A stretch of DNA of 64,000 nucleotides, taken from assembly GCA_963797095.1 (NCBI GenBank), contig CAWCNY010000005.1:32001-96000 (forward strand), given 5' to 3'. This DNA comes from an uncultured Chloroflexia bacterium (GTDB lineage Bacteria; Chloroflexota; Chloroflexia; QHBQ01; JADMIH01). The notes under the pieces were generated by a model. It did no database searches. It worked only from the letters and a program-made list of their open reading frames with translations, and had not been told where the DNA came from. A program made the translations under genes and the position numbers. Numbering within the stretch: the first letter of the stretch is position 1; each line of letters opens with the position of its first letter. Below are positions 19,846-30,139 of this stretch, in pieces.

Positions 19846-20040
19846 CGCAATCGTCCCGAATCTCCACCTTCCATACACGTCTTTTGACCTGGATATATAC
19901 CTCCCTCACGCATAATATGAATTGGTGGAGGCTCTCTCGCGGGATCTTCACACAAGGCCAACCTACCGGTGTTGACCACCAACAGTTGACAACTAACGCC
20001 GTTGCCATCGCTAGCTCCCAAACAAAGGAGGAACACCAGC

Positions 20041-20553
20041 ATGAGAGTTCTTATTGCAGTAGCCAGTAAGCATGGCAGCACTCGCGAAATCGCAAGCGTG
20101 ATCGCCAACGAATTGCGGGCGGAAAATCTCACAGTCGAACTGCGTGAAGCAATCGAGGTCGGTGACGTTATCGGCTACGATGCCGTACTGCTTGGCAGCG
20201 CCATCTACGCTGGCAAGTGGCTTTCCGAGGCTCAGCGATTTGCTGCACAACATCAGGTCGAGCTTTCCACCGTCCCCGTCTGGCTTTTCAGTAGCGGTCC
20301 TCTCGGCACTGACGACCCACAACCCCAGGACGACCCCGACCTGCTGGCCACCCCTTTGGGCGACGTCAAACCTCAGGATCATCGCGTATTTACAGGCAAA
20401 CTCGACCTCGCCCGCTTAGGCTTCGGTGAGCGCCTGCTCACAAAGGTTGTCAGCGCGCCCTCCGGCGACTTCCGCGACTGGGAAGAGATCAGGGCGTGGG
20501 CGCAGAAAGTAGCCAACGAAATATGCGCGGAGGGCGCTCTCGCCAACAGATAA
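20041..20553 (+). CDS. Flavodoxin-domain protein (HemG-like)
   Basis: ASKHGSTREIA, LLGSAIYAGKW, WLFSSGPLG, GDFRDWEEIRAWA. Confidence 0.88.
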   Translation: MRVLIAVASKHGSTREIASVIANELRAENLTVELREAIEVGDVIGYDAVLLGSAIYAGKWLSEAQRFAAQHQVELSTVPVWLFSSGPLGTDDPQPQDDPDLLATPLGDVKPQDHRVFTGKLDLARLGFGERLLTKVVSAPSGDFRDWEEIRAWAQKVANEICAEGALANR

Positions 20554-20685
20554 CCCCCGCGATACCGGCCTCATGCCCTGCAACGCCCAAAGATTGCATC
20601 ATCCATGCGGGTAATTCGTCTCCCCGCGCTGTTACTCCGATGCCATAGATTGGCTTTGAAGCGATAAACTCCTCCTGCTTTTCGC

Positions 20686-20715
20686 AAGGGCGCGCAACCG
20701 TGCGCCCTTTTATTT
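20686..20715 (+). terminator. Intrinsic terminator-like hairpin
   Basis: AAGGGCGCGCAACCGTGCGCCCTTTTATTT. Confidence 0.55.
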
Positions 20716-20987
20716 GCCGTACCTCTAACCGCGAGTCTCATGCGATTCCGAACCACGTGACCGGCGTGCCCACCTTTTGTCACGGTTATTGTCCTACTTA
20801 TCCGGCTTCCTGTCCCTTAATTGCTTGCCACTCTCGCTCTTATACTCAGCAAGTGTTTGACGTGCAGCTGACCTGGCCGAGATACCTCGCCCACACCCGT
20901 ATCAAAAGTCGCAGCGCACGAACAAATCCACAGGGCAGACAGCGAATTCAGTTCAGTTGAACAAGCAATAATGAAAGGAGACATGCT

Positions 20988-22283
20988 ATGTACGCACCTA
21001 CAAAATTGAGACGAATCAAGCTTTCGATGGTGGGCACAGCCTTGCTCTTAGTCGCGGCGGTTGTCACTCCAACTTTCGCCGCCGACCAGACAGCAAGCAA
21101 CACAGACCGGTCGACCAATCAACCCGACAACTATGCCCTCCAGGGCGATTACATCAATCCGATCGGCACCGGCCTTTCCGTGTTTCAATCTACCGGCGGT
21201 TCGCTCACCATTGGCACCTGGGACTTTAAGTCCTCGTCCACCACATCCGGCGCCATCGCTCTTTACGGTCACTGCACAGGAAGCTCTACCAGTTGCACCG
21301 GCGTAAAAGGAACCAGTAGCGGTGATGGCGGTGTCAACGCTCCCGGAGTCCTGGGAGATGGCGGCAGCGGCTCAGTAGGAGTGAAAGGTATCTCATCCGG
21401 CACCTTCAGCGGCAGTACGTCGGTATACGGCCTCAACTCAGCCACCGCTGACTATGCCTACGGCGTCCTCGGAAGCGTCACGGCAAGCAGCGGTACTAAC
21501 TCCAAAGGCGTATATGGTACAGCCAACCAGGGCATCGGTGTGTACGGCAGTTCTTCGTCCGGCAATGGCGTATACGGCTCCAGTTCGAGTGGTAACGGCG
21601 TATACGGCACCTCCTCCACCGGAGTTGCCCTCTTCGGCAGCAACACCGGCACCGGCTCAGGCTTCTACGGCTTCTCAGCTGGCGGGCCGGGTGGCGTGAT
21701 GGGCTCCAACGGCACGGAAGGTGCTCGCTTCTACACGCGCAACTCTTCCTCCTATGCCCTGGTGACCGGTAGCCTCCCCAACACCTACGGCAACGCCTAC
21801 ATAACCGGCCACATCTATGCTACCGGCGGCTGCTGCTCCACAGTTGAAACCGATGCGGGCAACAAAGAGATGTATGCCAACGAGTCCACTCGCGACCTCT
21901 TTAGCGACCAGGGCACAGCCGCCCTCGTCAACGGCAAGGCCGTCGTCACCATAGATCCCCTATTCGCCCAGACCGTCAACCTCACCTCGGACTACCAGGT
22001 CTTCTTGACCCCCGAATTTTTCGACACGGCCGGTCTCGGTGTCGGCAACATGACCGCCACCGGCTTTGAAGTGCGCGAACTAAACGGAGGCAAGGGCAAC
22101 TTCAAATTTAGCTGGCGCATCGATGCCCTCAGGAAAGGCTACGAGACAAAGCGCATGTCTCCTGCCCCCGCAGCCCCCACCACAAGTGGAGCCGCCTACG
22201 ACCTACCGGCAAATCTACCGACAGCCGTCAACTCCCTTGACGAAGAATCCGCTATCCAAGCAAATCTACAGAAAGGCAAGTAA
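20988..22283 (+). CDS. Secreted Gly/Ser-rich GVYG-repeat protein with a phage-tail-like C-terminal domain
   Basis: Signal peptide; repeats of G(V/I)YG.SSSG; C-terminus YANES...FSDQG...TIDPLFAQTVN...YQVFLTP...FSWRIDALRKGYE. Confidence 0.75.
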   Translation: MYAPTKLRRIKLSMVGTALLLVAAVVTPTFAADQTASNTDRSTNQPDNYALQGDYINPIGTGLSVFQSTGGSLTIGTWDFKSSSTTSGAIALYGHCTGSSTSCTGVKGTSSGDGGVNAPGVLGDGGSGSVGVKGISSGTFSGSTSVYGLNSATADYAYGVLGSVTASSGTNSKGVYGTANQGIGVYGSSSSGNGVYGSSSSGNGVYGTSSTGVALFGSNTGTGSGFYGFSAGGPGGVMGSNGTEGARFYTRNSSSYALVTGSLPNTYGNAYITGHIYATGGCCSTVETDAGNKEMYANESTRDLFSDQGTAALVNGKAVVTIDPLFAQTVNLTSDYQVFLTPEFFDTAGLGVGNMTATGFEVRELNGGKGNFKFSWRIDALRKGYETKRMSPAPAAPTTSGAAYDLPANLPTAVNSLDEESAIQANLQKGK

Positions 22284-22315
22284 ATCCCCACGAGAATCAG
22301 ATCTCATTCAACTCT

Positions 22316-22361
22316 GGATCAAAGAATACGGGCGGCAAGGGCCGCCCGTATTCTTTGATCC
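22316..22361. terminator. Bidirectional terminator
   Basis: Perfect 21-bp inverted repeat GGATCAAAGAATACGGGCGGC / GCCGCCCGTATTCTTTGATCC between convergent genes. Confidence 0.8.
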
Positions 22362-22370
22362 ACCACATCC

Positions 22371-24296
22371 TCACGGCCTGTTCTTCAGCGCAAAATACGC
22401 AGGCCTCCCAGTCCAATCGCTATTGATAATACTGAAATGGCTCGGCCCCGTGTACCACTCCTGGAACACCGAGAAGTTCAGGTTCCACAGGAACATCACA
22501 CCCATCCACGGGTAATAGTTCTGCGCATACTGAATCGCCCGGACAATATATTCCCCCTGCTCCTGCTGCGTATTGTACTTACATTCACCATACCCATCTT
22601 CCCGGTAATCGCTGCACCACCCGTACTCGGTCACCCACATCTGCTTCTCGCCGTCTCCATACTTCTCCATAATCGCACGCTGCTCCTCGATTCGACGGAA
22701 GTAGAACGAATCGTCCAGGTTGTACCAGTTCACTACGTTCTTCGACGCGTCGAACGGAAAAGCCGGGTCCAGGTTGGGGTTGTCGGGCCACTTCGTCTCA
22801 GGTGGGTTATTGAACCCATAGGGGTGCGTGCCAAGCACGTCGAAATAGCTCCGCACCTCCCCATCGTTGTACTTGAACATCTCCTCCAGGTACCACAGGT
22901 CGGTCACCACAGGCTCCGCGTCCGGCGCTCTAGTGCCATTCGGGTCCTGCACCCCGGTAGGTGCCAGCGCCGCCGACAAAACGATAGCCGATGGGTCCCC
23001 GGCTTTCACACCAAGGTATCCCTCCTTCAGCACCTCAACGTACCTGCCGGGGTTGATTTCCCCACTCTCACCCATCAGGTTCACTTCGTTGAAGATCATA
23101 TATGCCCCCACGCGCCCCCTGTACCGCGATGCCAGCGCATACATGAAATCGTACATATCCTGCGGGTCCTTCGGCAGTCCGTTGAACCCCCCCGTCTCCC
23201 ACGTCGGGGCCTTCACTATAGATAACATCACGTTCAAATTGTGCGACTGCACCGAGTTTACGATCCTGTCCAGCTCATCCCAGTAGAAATTGCCTTTCGG
23301 GTCCTCCGTCTCTTTCCACTCCACCTGCTGCGTCACCCATGTGAAACGCAAATTATTCACCATATTCAGCGCCCGGTCGCGGTCCTGGTAATAAAGCTGC
23401 GCCACCATCCCATCACCCACCGTTGGTCCCTGGAGAAACGCGCTTCCTGCCGCAGGCTTGGCAGGCGGCCAGATCCCTCGCTCCACAGGCTGCCCACCCG
23501 GCACAGGAGTGCCCCAAGCCGTCAGCGTATCCTCTATCCCCAATGCATCCTGTCCTAAGAGCCCCAGCAACACGTTATACGGAGGTACGTTCTCAGGGTG
23601 GTATTCGAACCGGTTGCGCTGGAAATACTGAACTAAATAGCTCTGGCCGTCGGTGGTCGATTGCTCCTGAAATGGCTCCGAGATCGGATACCCGAAGATC
23701 GCCAGCCCTCCGTTATCTCGCCAATAACTCAGGAACGGCTCCGAAAGCGAGTGTTGCGTCTCAGGGAAATAGACCGTATCAGCGGTATCCTTCATCAACT
23801 CCACTGTTGGGAACGTGCGCCAATTGTTCAGCTCCGCACCAAGCAACCCCAGCAATACGTCGTTCGGCGTGTCCGCGAACTCCGGGTGGTACTCGAACCG
23901 GTTGCGCTCAAAATACTGGACCAGGTACTCCTGCCCATCCGCTTCGTTCTTCTCCATCCGTGCGGGCGAGATCGGGTACCCGAATACCGCCAGCCCCCCG
24001 TTCGCCTCCCAGTAGCGCACGAAAACGTCCGGCACTGTAAAGCCTGTCTCCGGGAAAAACCTGTCAGGCCCAACCGTGGCCGTTGCCGTCGGACCTGCGT
24101 CCTCCGTCGGCACAGGTGTGGCAGTAACTGTTTCTGTTACTGTAGTTGTAGCCTCAGGGGTAGTACCCGTCTCAGTAGGTGTACTTGCTTGACCGTAATG
24201 CTGCCCGTAAATATTTCTCGGGCTAGATGTACCAACCAGCGTAAGAGCCGCCAGCACCAGAATAATTGCACCGAGTTTCCTTCGCACCCCGTTCAT
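22371..24296 (-). CDS. Secreted clan GH-A glycoside hydrolase (GH5/GH39-like) with two FPETG/QYFER modules
   Basis: Signal peptide, Thr-rich linker, FFPETG and YFPETQ repeats, IFNEVN (acid/base), WVTEYGW (nucleophile); GGGAGG RBS. Confidence 0.87.
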   Translation of the reverse strand: MNGVRRKLGAIILVLAALTLVGTSSPRNIYGQHYGQASTPTETGTTPEATTTVTETVTATPVPTEDAGPTATATVGPDRFFPETGFTVPDVFVRYWEANGGLAVFGYPISPARMEKNEADGQEYLVQYFERNRFEYHPEFADTPNDVLLGLLGAELNNWRTFPTVELMKDTADTVYFPETQHSLSEPFLSYWRDNGGLAIFGYPISEPFQEQSTTDGQSYLVQYFQRNRFEYHPENVPPYNVLLGLLGQDALGIEDTLTAWGTPVPGGQPVERGIWPPAKPAAGSAFLQGPTVGDGMVAQLYYQDRDRALNMVNNLRFTWVTQQVEWKETEDPKGNFYWDELDRIVNSVQSHNLNVMLSIVKAPTWETGGFNGLPKDPQDMYDFMYALASRYRGRVGAYMIFNEVNLMGESGEINPGRYVEVLKEGYLGVKAGDPSAIVLSAALAPTGVQDPNGTRAPDAEPVVTDLWYLEEMFKYNDGEVRSYFDVLGTHPYGFNNPPETKWPDNPNLDPAFPFDASKNVVNWYNLDDSFYFRRIEEQRAIMEKYGDGEKQMWVTEYGWCSDYREDGYGECKYNTQQEQGEYIVRAIQYAQNYYPWMGVMFLWNLNFSVFQEWYTGPSHFSIINSDWTGRPAYFALKNRP

Positions 24297-24379
24297 TACC
24301 TCCCTGATCGGTAGCTGGTAATCCGCAAACAGATCAGCACTGGGCCAATAACCGGCGTCCACCGACTACCGACTACCGA

Positions 24380-25897
24380 CTACCGGCTGCCATCCGACGG
24401 TATTGGAATAAACCCAACCGAAAACCGTATGTACTCGTCGCTGTATCCAAACGCGCTGCCCGACACACCGGCAATCCCCGTCTTCTCAAAGAGAGACAGG
24501 GCATCTTCTCCAGGCTTCAGCTTGCTCCAGTTATAGATCGTAGCATGGTCGTCCAGCCCGATCGTCTCGAACACATCATGCTCACGGTTGATTTCCTCAA
24601 GCTCGCCTCTCAAGTGCTCCCGCCTCAACGTATAAAGGTTGCTGATCTTCTCCTGGATCTCCGGGTGCTCGTCCACCCACTGTACAAGCGCCGTGAAGTG
24701 CAACTGCCACGACGCGGGCAACCCCGCCGTGAGATTATTCCACGCCACCTTTAAGATGTCCGACCAATCGTCGTTCTGGAACGACACCCATCCGCACCTA
24801 TCCCCTGTCATCGTATACACCTTGGACAGCGAATTGATGAACATAGTGCGCGATGTAATCTCAGGCTCGTCAAACGCTTTCATCCTCGCCCGGTCGTCCT
24901 GTGGCCTCCCCGTTCCGATATAGGCGAGGTCGGCAAGCACCGCGAATTCTCTTCCATCCTCTATTATGGCCCTGTACACCTCTCGGATCTCGTCCGGCGT
25001 GTACGAGAACGCGGTTGGGTTGTTGCTCACAGTGAAATACAGCAGCCGCAGTTCAGGATCATCTGCAAGAGCGTCCCGCATCATCGAGTATGTCACCTTA
25101 AAGCCGCTTTCCTCGCCCGTCTGCATTTTCAGCAGCTTAAGCCCCGCAGTCTCAACCTGCCAGTTGACCACCGCGAAGCCCGGAGCGGGAAACGCAAATG
25201 TCGAGGCTTTGCCGTACTTCCTCTTGAAGTGCAACCCCAACGACAGTATGCACTTGAACAGCGCGTCCAATGCCCCTATGCTGATGAAAGTCTTATCTTC
25301 GGTAGCATTTATTCCCCAGGCCCTCTTGAACCGCTCCGCCAGCATTTGGCGCAACAAAGGATTGCCTACCCCGAACACGTCGTACACGCGCATGTCCCAA
25401 TTGTAATCGCGCAACAGGCGCATCTCGATATCTTCCTCGCGCCTGCTCAGTTCCCGGTGAACCGCCCCATCACTCACCCTTCCTGCGATCTCCTCACCTG
25501 GCAATATTACCCCCAACTCCTCGCCTATCGTCGAGTAATCCACTCCACCAATATGCTCAGTGATCATCCGCACATTGACATCCCCGATTGTGCGATTCGC
25601 CAGTTCGCGCCTCAGCACATCCTCCGAGATGCCGGCCTGGCGTGCCTTGAATATCACGTCAGACATCATCCTTGCCATCACTCGTATCGGCGATGTGGCC
25701 GATAGGAATATTGGCCGGCAGCGTGCCGCCGCTTCCTTCCTTAAGCCACGCACAAAGTCCACCTGCGCCTCCTCATCGGAGGCACCGGGGGCGGGATTTA
25801 TATTATCACTATCTGGGACTGGGATAGAATTGCCGCTCGTTTGCTCGGTGCCAGGCCCTGTCGGCCTAATGATATTCACCAAAAGAAAGTCCTCCAC
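24380..25897 (-). CDS. PLP-dependent class I/II aminotransferase with an N-terminal extension
   Basis: SNNPTA, DLAY, SLSKVYTMTGDRCGW (PLP Lys), GVSGSAFG, YIRFS. Confidence 0.88.
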   Translation of the reverse strand: MEDFLLVNIIRPTGPGTEQTSGNSIPVPDSDNINPAPGASDEEAQVDFVRGLRKEAAARCRPIFLSATSPIRVMARMMSDVIFKARQAGISEDVLRRELANRTIGDVNVRMITEHIGGVDYSTIGEELGVILPGEEIAGRVSDGAVHRELSRREEDIEMRLLRDYNWDMRVYDVFGVGNPLLRQMLAERFKRAWGINATEDKTFISIGALDALFKCILSLGLHFKRKYGKASTFAFPAPGFAVVNWQVETAGLKLLKMQTGEESGFKVTYSMMRDALADDPELRLLYFTVSNNPTAFSYTPDEIREVYRAIIEDGREFAVLADLAYIGTGRPQDDRARMKAFDEPEITSRTMFINSLSKVYTMTGDRCGWVSFQNDDWSDILKVAWNNLTAGLPASWQLHFTALVQWVDEHPEIQEKISNLYTLRREHLRGELEEINREHDVFETIGLDDHATIYNWSKLKPGEDALSLFEKTGIAGVSGSAFGYSDEYIRFSVGFIPIPSDGSR

Positions 25898-25989
25898 ATT
25901 GAGGTTGGTACACTGGTCCCGAACATAGATCGGCCCAACCTCAGTATACCGGCGCTATAGACCATTGTCAACGTCACCGCCACCATTCT

Positions 25990-27135
25990 CTACCCAAAAA
26001 GCCCCTCTGCCCTGCGCACGCCCAACCTCAACTGCCACCCCAGCACCACCCAGAAGGCCCTCATCGCCAGCGGGTGACGCGTCCTGTAGAACACTCGCGC
26101 CCTCTTCAACCTCGCCGCCAGGTACTTCCCAAACTCGCTCTCCGCTAACCTTCGCTCATAGCCCTCAAAGCGCCAATCTCCACTCTCCTTCGCCTGCGCC
26201 AACTCCTCCGCCACTATCTCCCCGTACCCCAGCGCCGCCGAGATTCCATCCCCGCCCAGAGGCTCGATCCCCGCTGCGTCTCCCGCCAATAAGACCTTTG
26301 GTGCCGACAACTTCGCATCAGGATCGTACCACCTCGACGGATTCCCCATTAGCGTGAACTCGTCCAGCTTGATGTTCTTTCTGCTCAAGTATGCCCTGAA
26401 CATCTCTTTCATAGGCGCAACCGGTCTATCCCCATACACCCGAAAGTCGCACGCTCCCCTGTTCATCCTCGGCTCGCCCTTCACCTTCGATGGGAAGTCC
26501 CACACGTACCCTTGCAATCCGTCCGGCACATACGAAAAATCGAACACCGCCGCTCTCCTCACAAATTCATCGCTCTTCTCCGGGTCCTCAGGCGTCAATA
26601 TCTCTATCGTCCTGCTCACTCGCGACGGCCCCTCAAGCCCGATCCCATGTCTCACAACGCTCTTCGCCCCGTCAGCCCCCACCACAGCCCCCGCCCTGAT
26701 CTCTCCTGCCGAAGTGTGCAACACCACCTTCCCACTCCCATCACTCTGCATCTCAAGCCTTTCCAATTTCACTCCTTCGCGCACCTCTACGCCCCTGCGC
26801 TTCACCTCGCCCACCAGCGCCGCATCAAACTCGTCACGCCGCACGATCAGCAGCGAGTTCGGCTTCCTGATTCGGAACTCCTGCCCCCGGAACCGGAACA
26901 CCATCTCATTCACCACCTGGAATGGCACATCTAGCTCCAGGCCCAGCTTGTAAATATAGTGCTGTGACAGCAGCGTAAGCCCGCCCCCGCACAGTTTGGG
27001 TCGTGGGTGGTGCGCCGCCTCGATCACCAGCGTTTTGGCGGCCAACTCAGGACTGCGCTCCAACAAATGCAGCGCCACCGAAGAGCCACTCGGCCCCGCT
27101 CCCACAACGACCACCTCATACTCGTCAATTGCCAT
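25990..27135 (-). CDS. FAD-dependent oxidoreductase (geranylgeranyl reductase family)
   Basis: VVGAGPSG, PRPKLCGGGL, RDEFDAAL, VGADGAKS, LAGDAAG.EPLGGDGI. Confidence 0.88.
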   Translation of the reverse strand: MAIDEYEVVVVGAGPSGSSVALHLLERSPELAAKTLVIEAAHHPRPKLCGGGLTLLSQHYIYKLGLELDVPFQVVNEMVFRFRGQEFRIRKPNSLLIVRRDEFDAALVGEVKRRGVEVREGVKLERLEMQSDGSGKVVLHTSAGEIRAGAVVGADGAKSVVRHGIGLEGPSRVSRTIEILTPEDPEKSDEFVRRAAVFDFSYVPDGLQGYVWDFPSKVKGEPRMNRGACDFRVYGDRPVAPMKEMFRAYLSRKNIKLDEFTLMGNPSRWYDPDAKLSAPKVLLAGDAAGIEPLGGDGISAALGYGEIVAEELAQAKESGDWRFEGYERRLAESEFGKYLAARLKRARVFYRTRHPLAMRAFWVVLGWQLRLGVRRAEGLFG

Positions 27136-27261
27136 AGCAGCTCCTGCCACAACTAACGGGAAAGACTGCAGAGGCACCGTCGGGTGGACCATCCGCGGAT
27201 CAAAACCTCTACTTAAGAAGGCGAAGCAAGTATCCCAATACGATTATTGTCACAATCAATA

Positions 27262-27294
27262 TGTGTGGGCGATCTATCACGGATCGCCCACACA
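27262..27294. repeat. REP-like palindrome
   Basis: TGTGTGGGCGATC-N7-GATCGCCCACACA between divergent genes. Confidence 0.6.
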
Positions 27295-27478
27295 GTATAC
27301 CACTCACATTGGGCTATTTCACTGGACTCCAGTTCACTGACCCAGACCAGCGGACAACCTCATGCCTACGGTTAGGAAATAGTTTTTGGACGATTCCCAC
27401 CACTACAACCACACCCCGCATTCGGTTATAATCAGGGCACAAATTAGCCCTCCCCATTGTCAAGGAACGGAGCACGCC

Positions 27479-29914
27479 ATGTCCTTCAAATCTCGGTTTA
27501 CTAACCGTAGCCTCCTCTTGCCCCTCTTTGCCCTCCTCGCCGTGGTCGCCCTCGCCGTCGGCGTCGCCCCTCGCTACTCTACCTCACACTCCGACCCCTC
27601 AATACATCAGGGCCAAAACTCTCCATTCCACGATCTGATCAATGCCTTCCAACCCCAGACAGTCACCTTTGGCCCCGACATCCGAGCCAACTCCGACACC
27701 ACCACCAACGGCCAGCACGAGCCGTCCCTCGCCATGAGCCGCGTCCACACCGATACCGTGGTGGTCGCCTCCAAGGACTACCGCAACGGCAACCAGAAAG
27801 AAGTCTGGATCGATACCTCCACTGATGGCGGCCAAACCTGGCCCGCAGCCCTCCAACTCCAGATGCCCGGCATCAACCCTTCCCTCTTCCCTCTCATGAG
27901 CGATCCCGTGGTCGTCGCCCGCGACGATGGCCGCATCTACGTCGCCTGCCTCGGGTACAGCAACAGCAACGGCGTCTTCATCACCTGGACCGATGACGAT
28001 GGTGTCAACTGGCACACTCCCTCCGTCCAGATCTCCCCCAACGATGGTTCCCTCGACGACAAAGACTGGTTCGCGGTCGATAACACCCCGTCCAGCCCCT
28101 ACTACCACCGCATGTACATCCTCTACGCCCCCGGCGGTGCCTCCCACGTCGCAGAGCAGCACTCCACCGACGGCGGCCTTACCTGGTCCACACGCCAGAA
28201 TATCCCCAACGGCTCCGGCATGGAATATACCTACCCCGTCATCGCCGCTGACGGCACCGTCTACAACTTCATGATGGACAACTGGGGCTCAGGCATCACA
28301 GGCACCATCAACTACACCAAATCCACCAACGGCGGCGTAACGTGGTCTAATCCCACGCCGGTCACCGGCGCCCAACAGCCCAACTCGCCCATCCGGGGCT
28401 CCGATTCCTTCCGCTTCTTCGCCATCCTCAGCGCCGCCGTAGATCCCAACAACGGCTCTCTCTACGTAGCCTGGACCGACAATCGCAACTTCAACACGAA
28501 CGGCACCGACGTCATGTACGTCAAGTCCACCGACAGCGGAGCCTCCTGGACCGCCCCCATCCGCCTCAGCCACGACCCTACAGGCGTAGTCCGTGACCAC
28601 ATCACCCCCGTCATTACCGTCGGTGCCGATAGTCGCCTCCACGCATTCTGGCTCGACCGCCGCCTCGACACAAGCAACTACTTTTGGAATTCCTGGTATT
28701 CCACCAGCACCGACGGCGGCACCACCTGGGAACCCGACGTCAGAGTCAGCACTGCGGCCCAGGACCTCAACCTCGGTCTTCCCCCTGGCAGCGGCGGCGC
28801 TGCGGGCGACTACTGGGGCCTCGACACCTACGCCGACACCGTCTACGTGGCCTGGAATGACGCCCGTACAAGCGAACAGGACATCCTCGTTTCAAGAGGC
28901 TATATCACCTCAGGCAGCGTCCCCTCCCCAACCCCCACCACGCCCATCACCCCAAGCCCAACCCTAACCGACACACCCACACCTACCAACACCAACACCC
29001 CGCCGCCCACATCCACGCCAACAAACACGTCAACCCCCACAATCACCTCCACACCCGTTCCCACTCAGACCCCTGGCGGCGCTACCGCCACTCCGATCCC
29101 CACCGGTACGGCCACATCAACATCCACGGGCACCCCGACCACCGCCCCCACCGACACCCCCCTACCTACTAACACTCAGGGCATCGCGACAACTACACCC
29201 ATACCCACCACGCCGACAACCTCCACCCCCATGCCCACCAACACATCAGCAATACCCACCCCCACCAATTGCCCCACCCAATTTGAGGATGTACTCGATG
29301 GCTCAACCTTCTACATCTACATTCAGGACCTCAGTTGCCGAGCCGTCGTCAACGGCTACCCTTGTGGCGGCCCAGGAGAGCCATGCGTTGGCCCCGGCAA
29401 TCGCCCCTACTTCCGCCCAGCCGACAACGTCACCCGAGGCCAGCTCTCCAAGATAATAGCCCTCGCCGCCAACCTCACAGTCCCGCCGCCCACCCAATCG
29501 TTCCAGGACGTACCCGGCGGCTCGACATTCCACCCCTACGTCGAAGCCCTCTACGCTCAGGGCGCCATCAACGGCTACCCATGTGGCGGCCCCAACGAGC
29601 CGTGCATTGCCCCCGGTAACCTCCCCTACTTCCGCCCCAACGATCCCGCCTCCAGGGGCCAGATCTCCAAAATAGTAGCCATCACCGCCAACGATATAGA
29701 CCCCGCAACCACCCGGACCTTCCAGGACGTACCCACAAACTCCACATTCTACCTCTGGATAGAAAACCTCGCCCAGCGCGGCATCATCACGGGCTACCCA
29801 TGTGGCAGCCCCAACGAACCGTGTATAGCCCCCGACAATCGCCCCTACTTCCGCCCAGCCGACAACGTCACAAGAGGCCAGATGTCCAAAATAGCCGACA
29901 TCACCTTCCCATAG
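27479..29914 (+). CDS. Secreted BNR/Asp-box (sialidase-like) beta-propeller with a Thr/Pro linker and three Cys-containing SLH-like repeats
   Basis: Repeated S.DGG.TW Asp-boxes; three times F.DV..GSTF...I..L...G.INGYPCG.P.EPC..P.N.PYFRP....TRGQ.SKI. Confidence 0.88.
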   Translation: MSFKSRFTNRSLLLPLFALLAVVALAVGVAPRYSTSHSDPSIHQGQNSPFHDLINAFQPQTVTFGPDIRANSDTTTNGQHEPSLAMSRVHTDTVVVASKDYRNGNQKEVWIDTSTDGGQTWPAALQLQMPGINPSLFPLMSDPVVVARDDGRIYVACLGYSNSNGVFITWTDDDGVNWHTPSVQISPNDGSLDDKDWFAVDNTPSSPYYHRMYILYAPGGASHVAEQHSTDGGLTWSTRQNIPNGSGMEYTYPVIAADGTVYNFMMDNWGSGITGTINYTKSTNGGVTWSNPTPVTGAQQPNSPIRGSDSFRFFAILSAAVDPNNGSLYVAWTDNRNFNTNGTDVMYVKSTDSGASWTAPIRLSHDPTGVVRDHITPVITVGADSRLHAFWLDRRLDTSNYFWNSWYSTSTDGGTTWEPDVRVSTAAQDLNLGLPPGSGGAAGDYWGLDTYADTVYVAWNDARTSEQDILVSRGYITSGSVPSPTPTTPITPSPTLTDTPTPTNTNTPPPTSTPTNTSTPTITSTPVPTQTPGGATATPIPTGTATSTSTGTPTTAPTDTPLPTNTQGIATTTPIPTTPTTSTPMPTNTSAIPTPTNCPTQFEDVLDGSTFYIYIQDLSCRAVVNGYPCGGPGEPCVGPGNRPYFRPADNVTRGQLSKIIALAANLTVPPPTQSFQDVPGGSTFHPYVEALYAQGAINGYPCGGPNEPCIAPGNLPYFRPNDPASRGQISKIVAITANDIDPATTRTFQDVPTNSTFYLWIENLAQRGIITGYPCGSPNEPCIAPDNRPYFRPADNVTRGQMSKIADITFP

Positions 29915-29936
29915 CACCCTTTTGACCACCCACACC

Positions 29937-29978
29937 GGGAGGGCACGAAGAAATCACAGGGGTCCTTCGTGCCCTCCC
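29937..29978. terminator. Hairpin after the BNR gene
   Basis: GGGAGGGCACGAAG ... CTTCGTGCCCTCCC. Confidence 0.5.
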
Positions 29979-30125
29979 CATTTCCTCCATGTCTTCGTGT
30001 GCCAAAACAAAGTATCCTATCTACATCACTTGTGCCCTCCATGTCTTTGTAGATCAGTTTGCCCTCAACCCACAAGAAACTACCCATAAGCCTACTTGCA
30101 ATGCCCCACAACCTGTGCAATAATA

Positions 30126-30139
30126 CGAACGAACGTTCC
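30126..30139. promoter_or_regulatory. Putative LexA (Cheo-type) SOS box
   Basis: CGAACGAACGTTCC fits CGAAC-RNRY-GTTYC, just 3' of TTGCAA-17-AATAAT. Confidence 0.5.
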
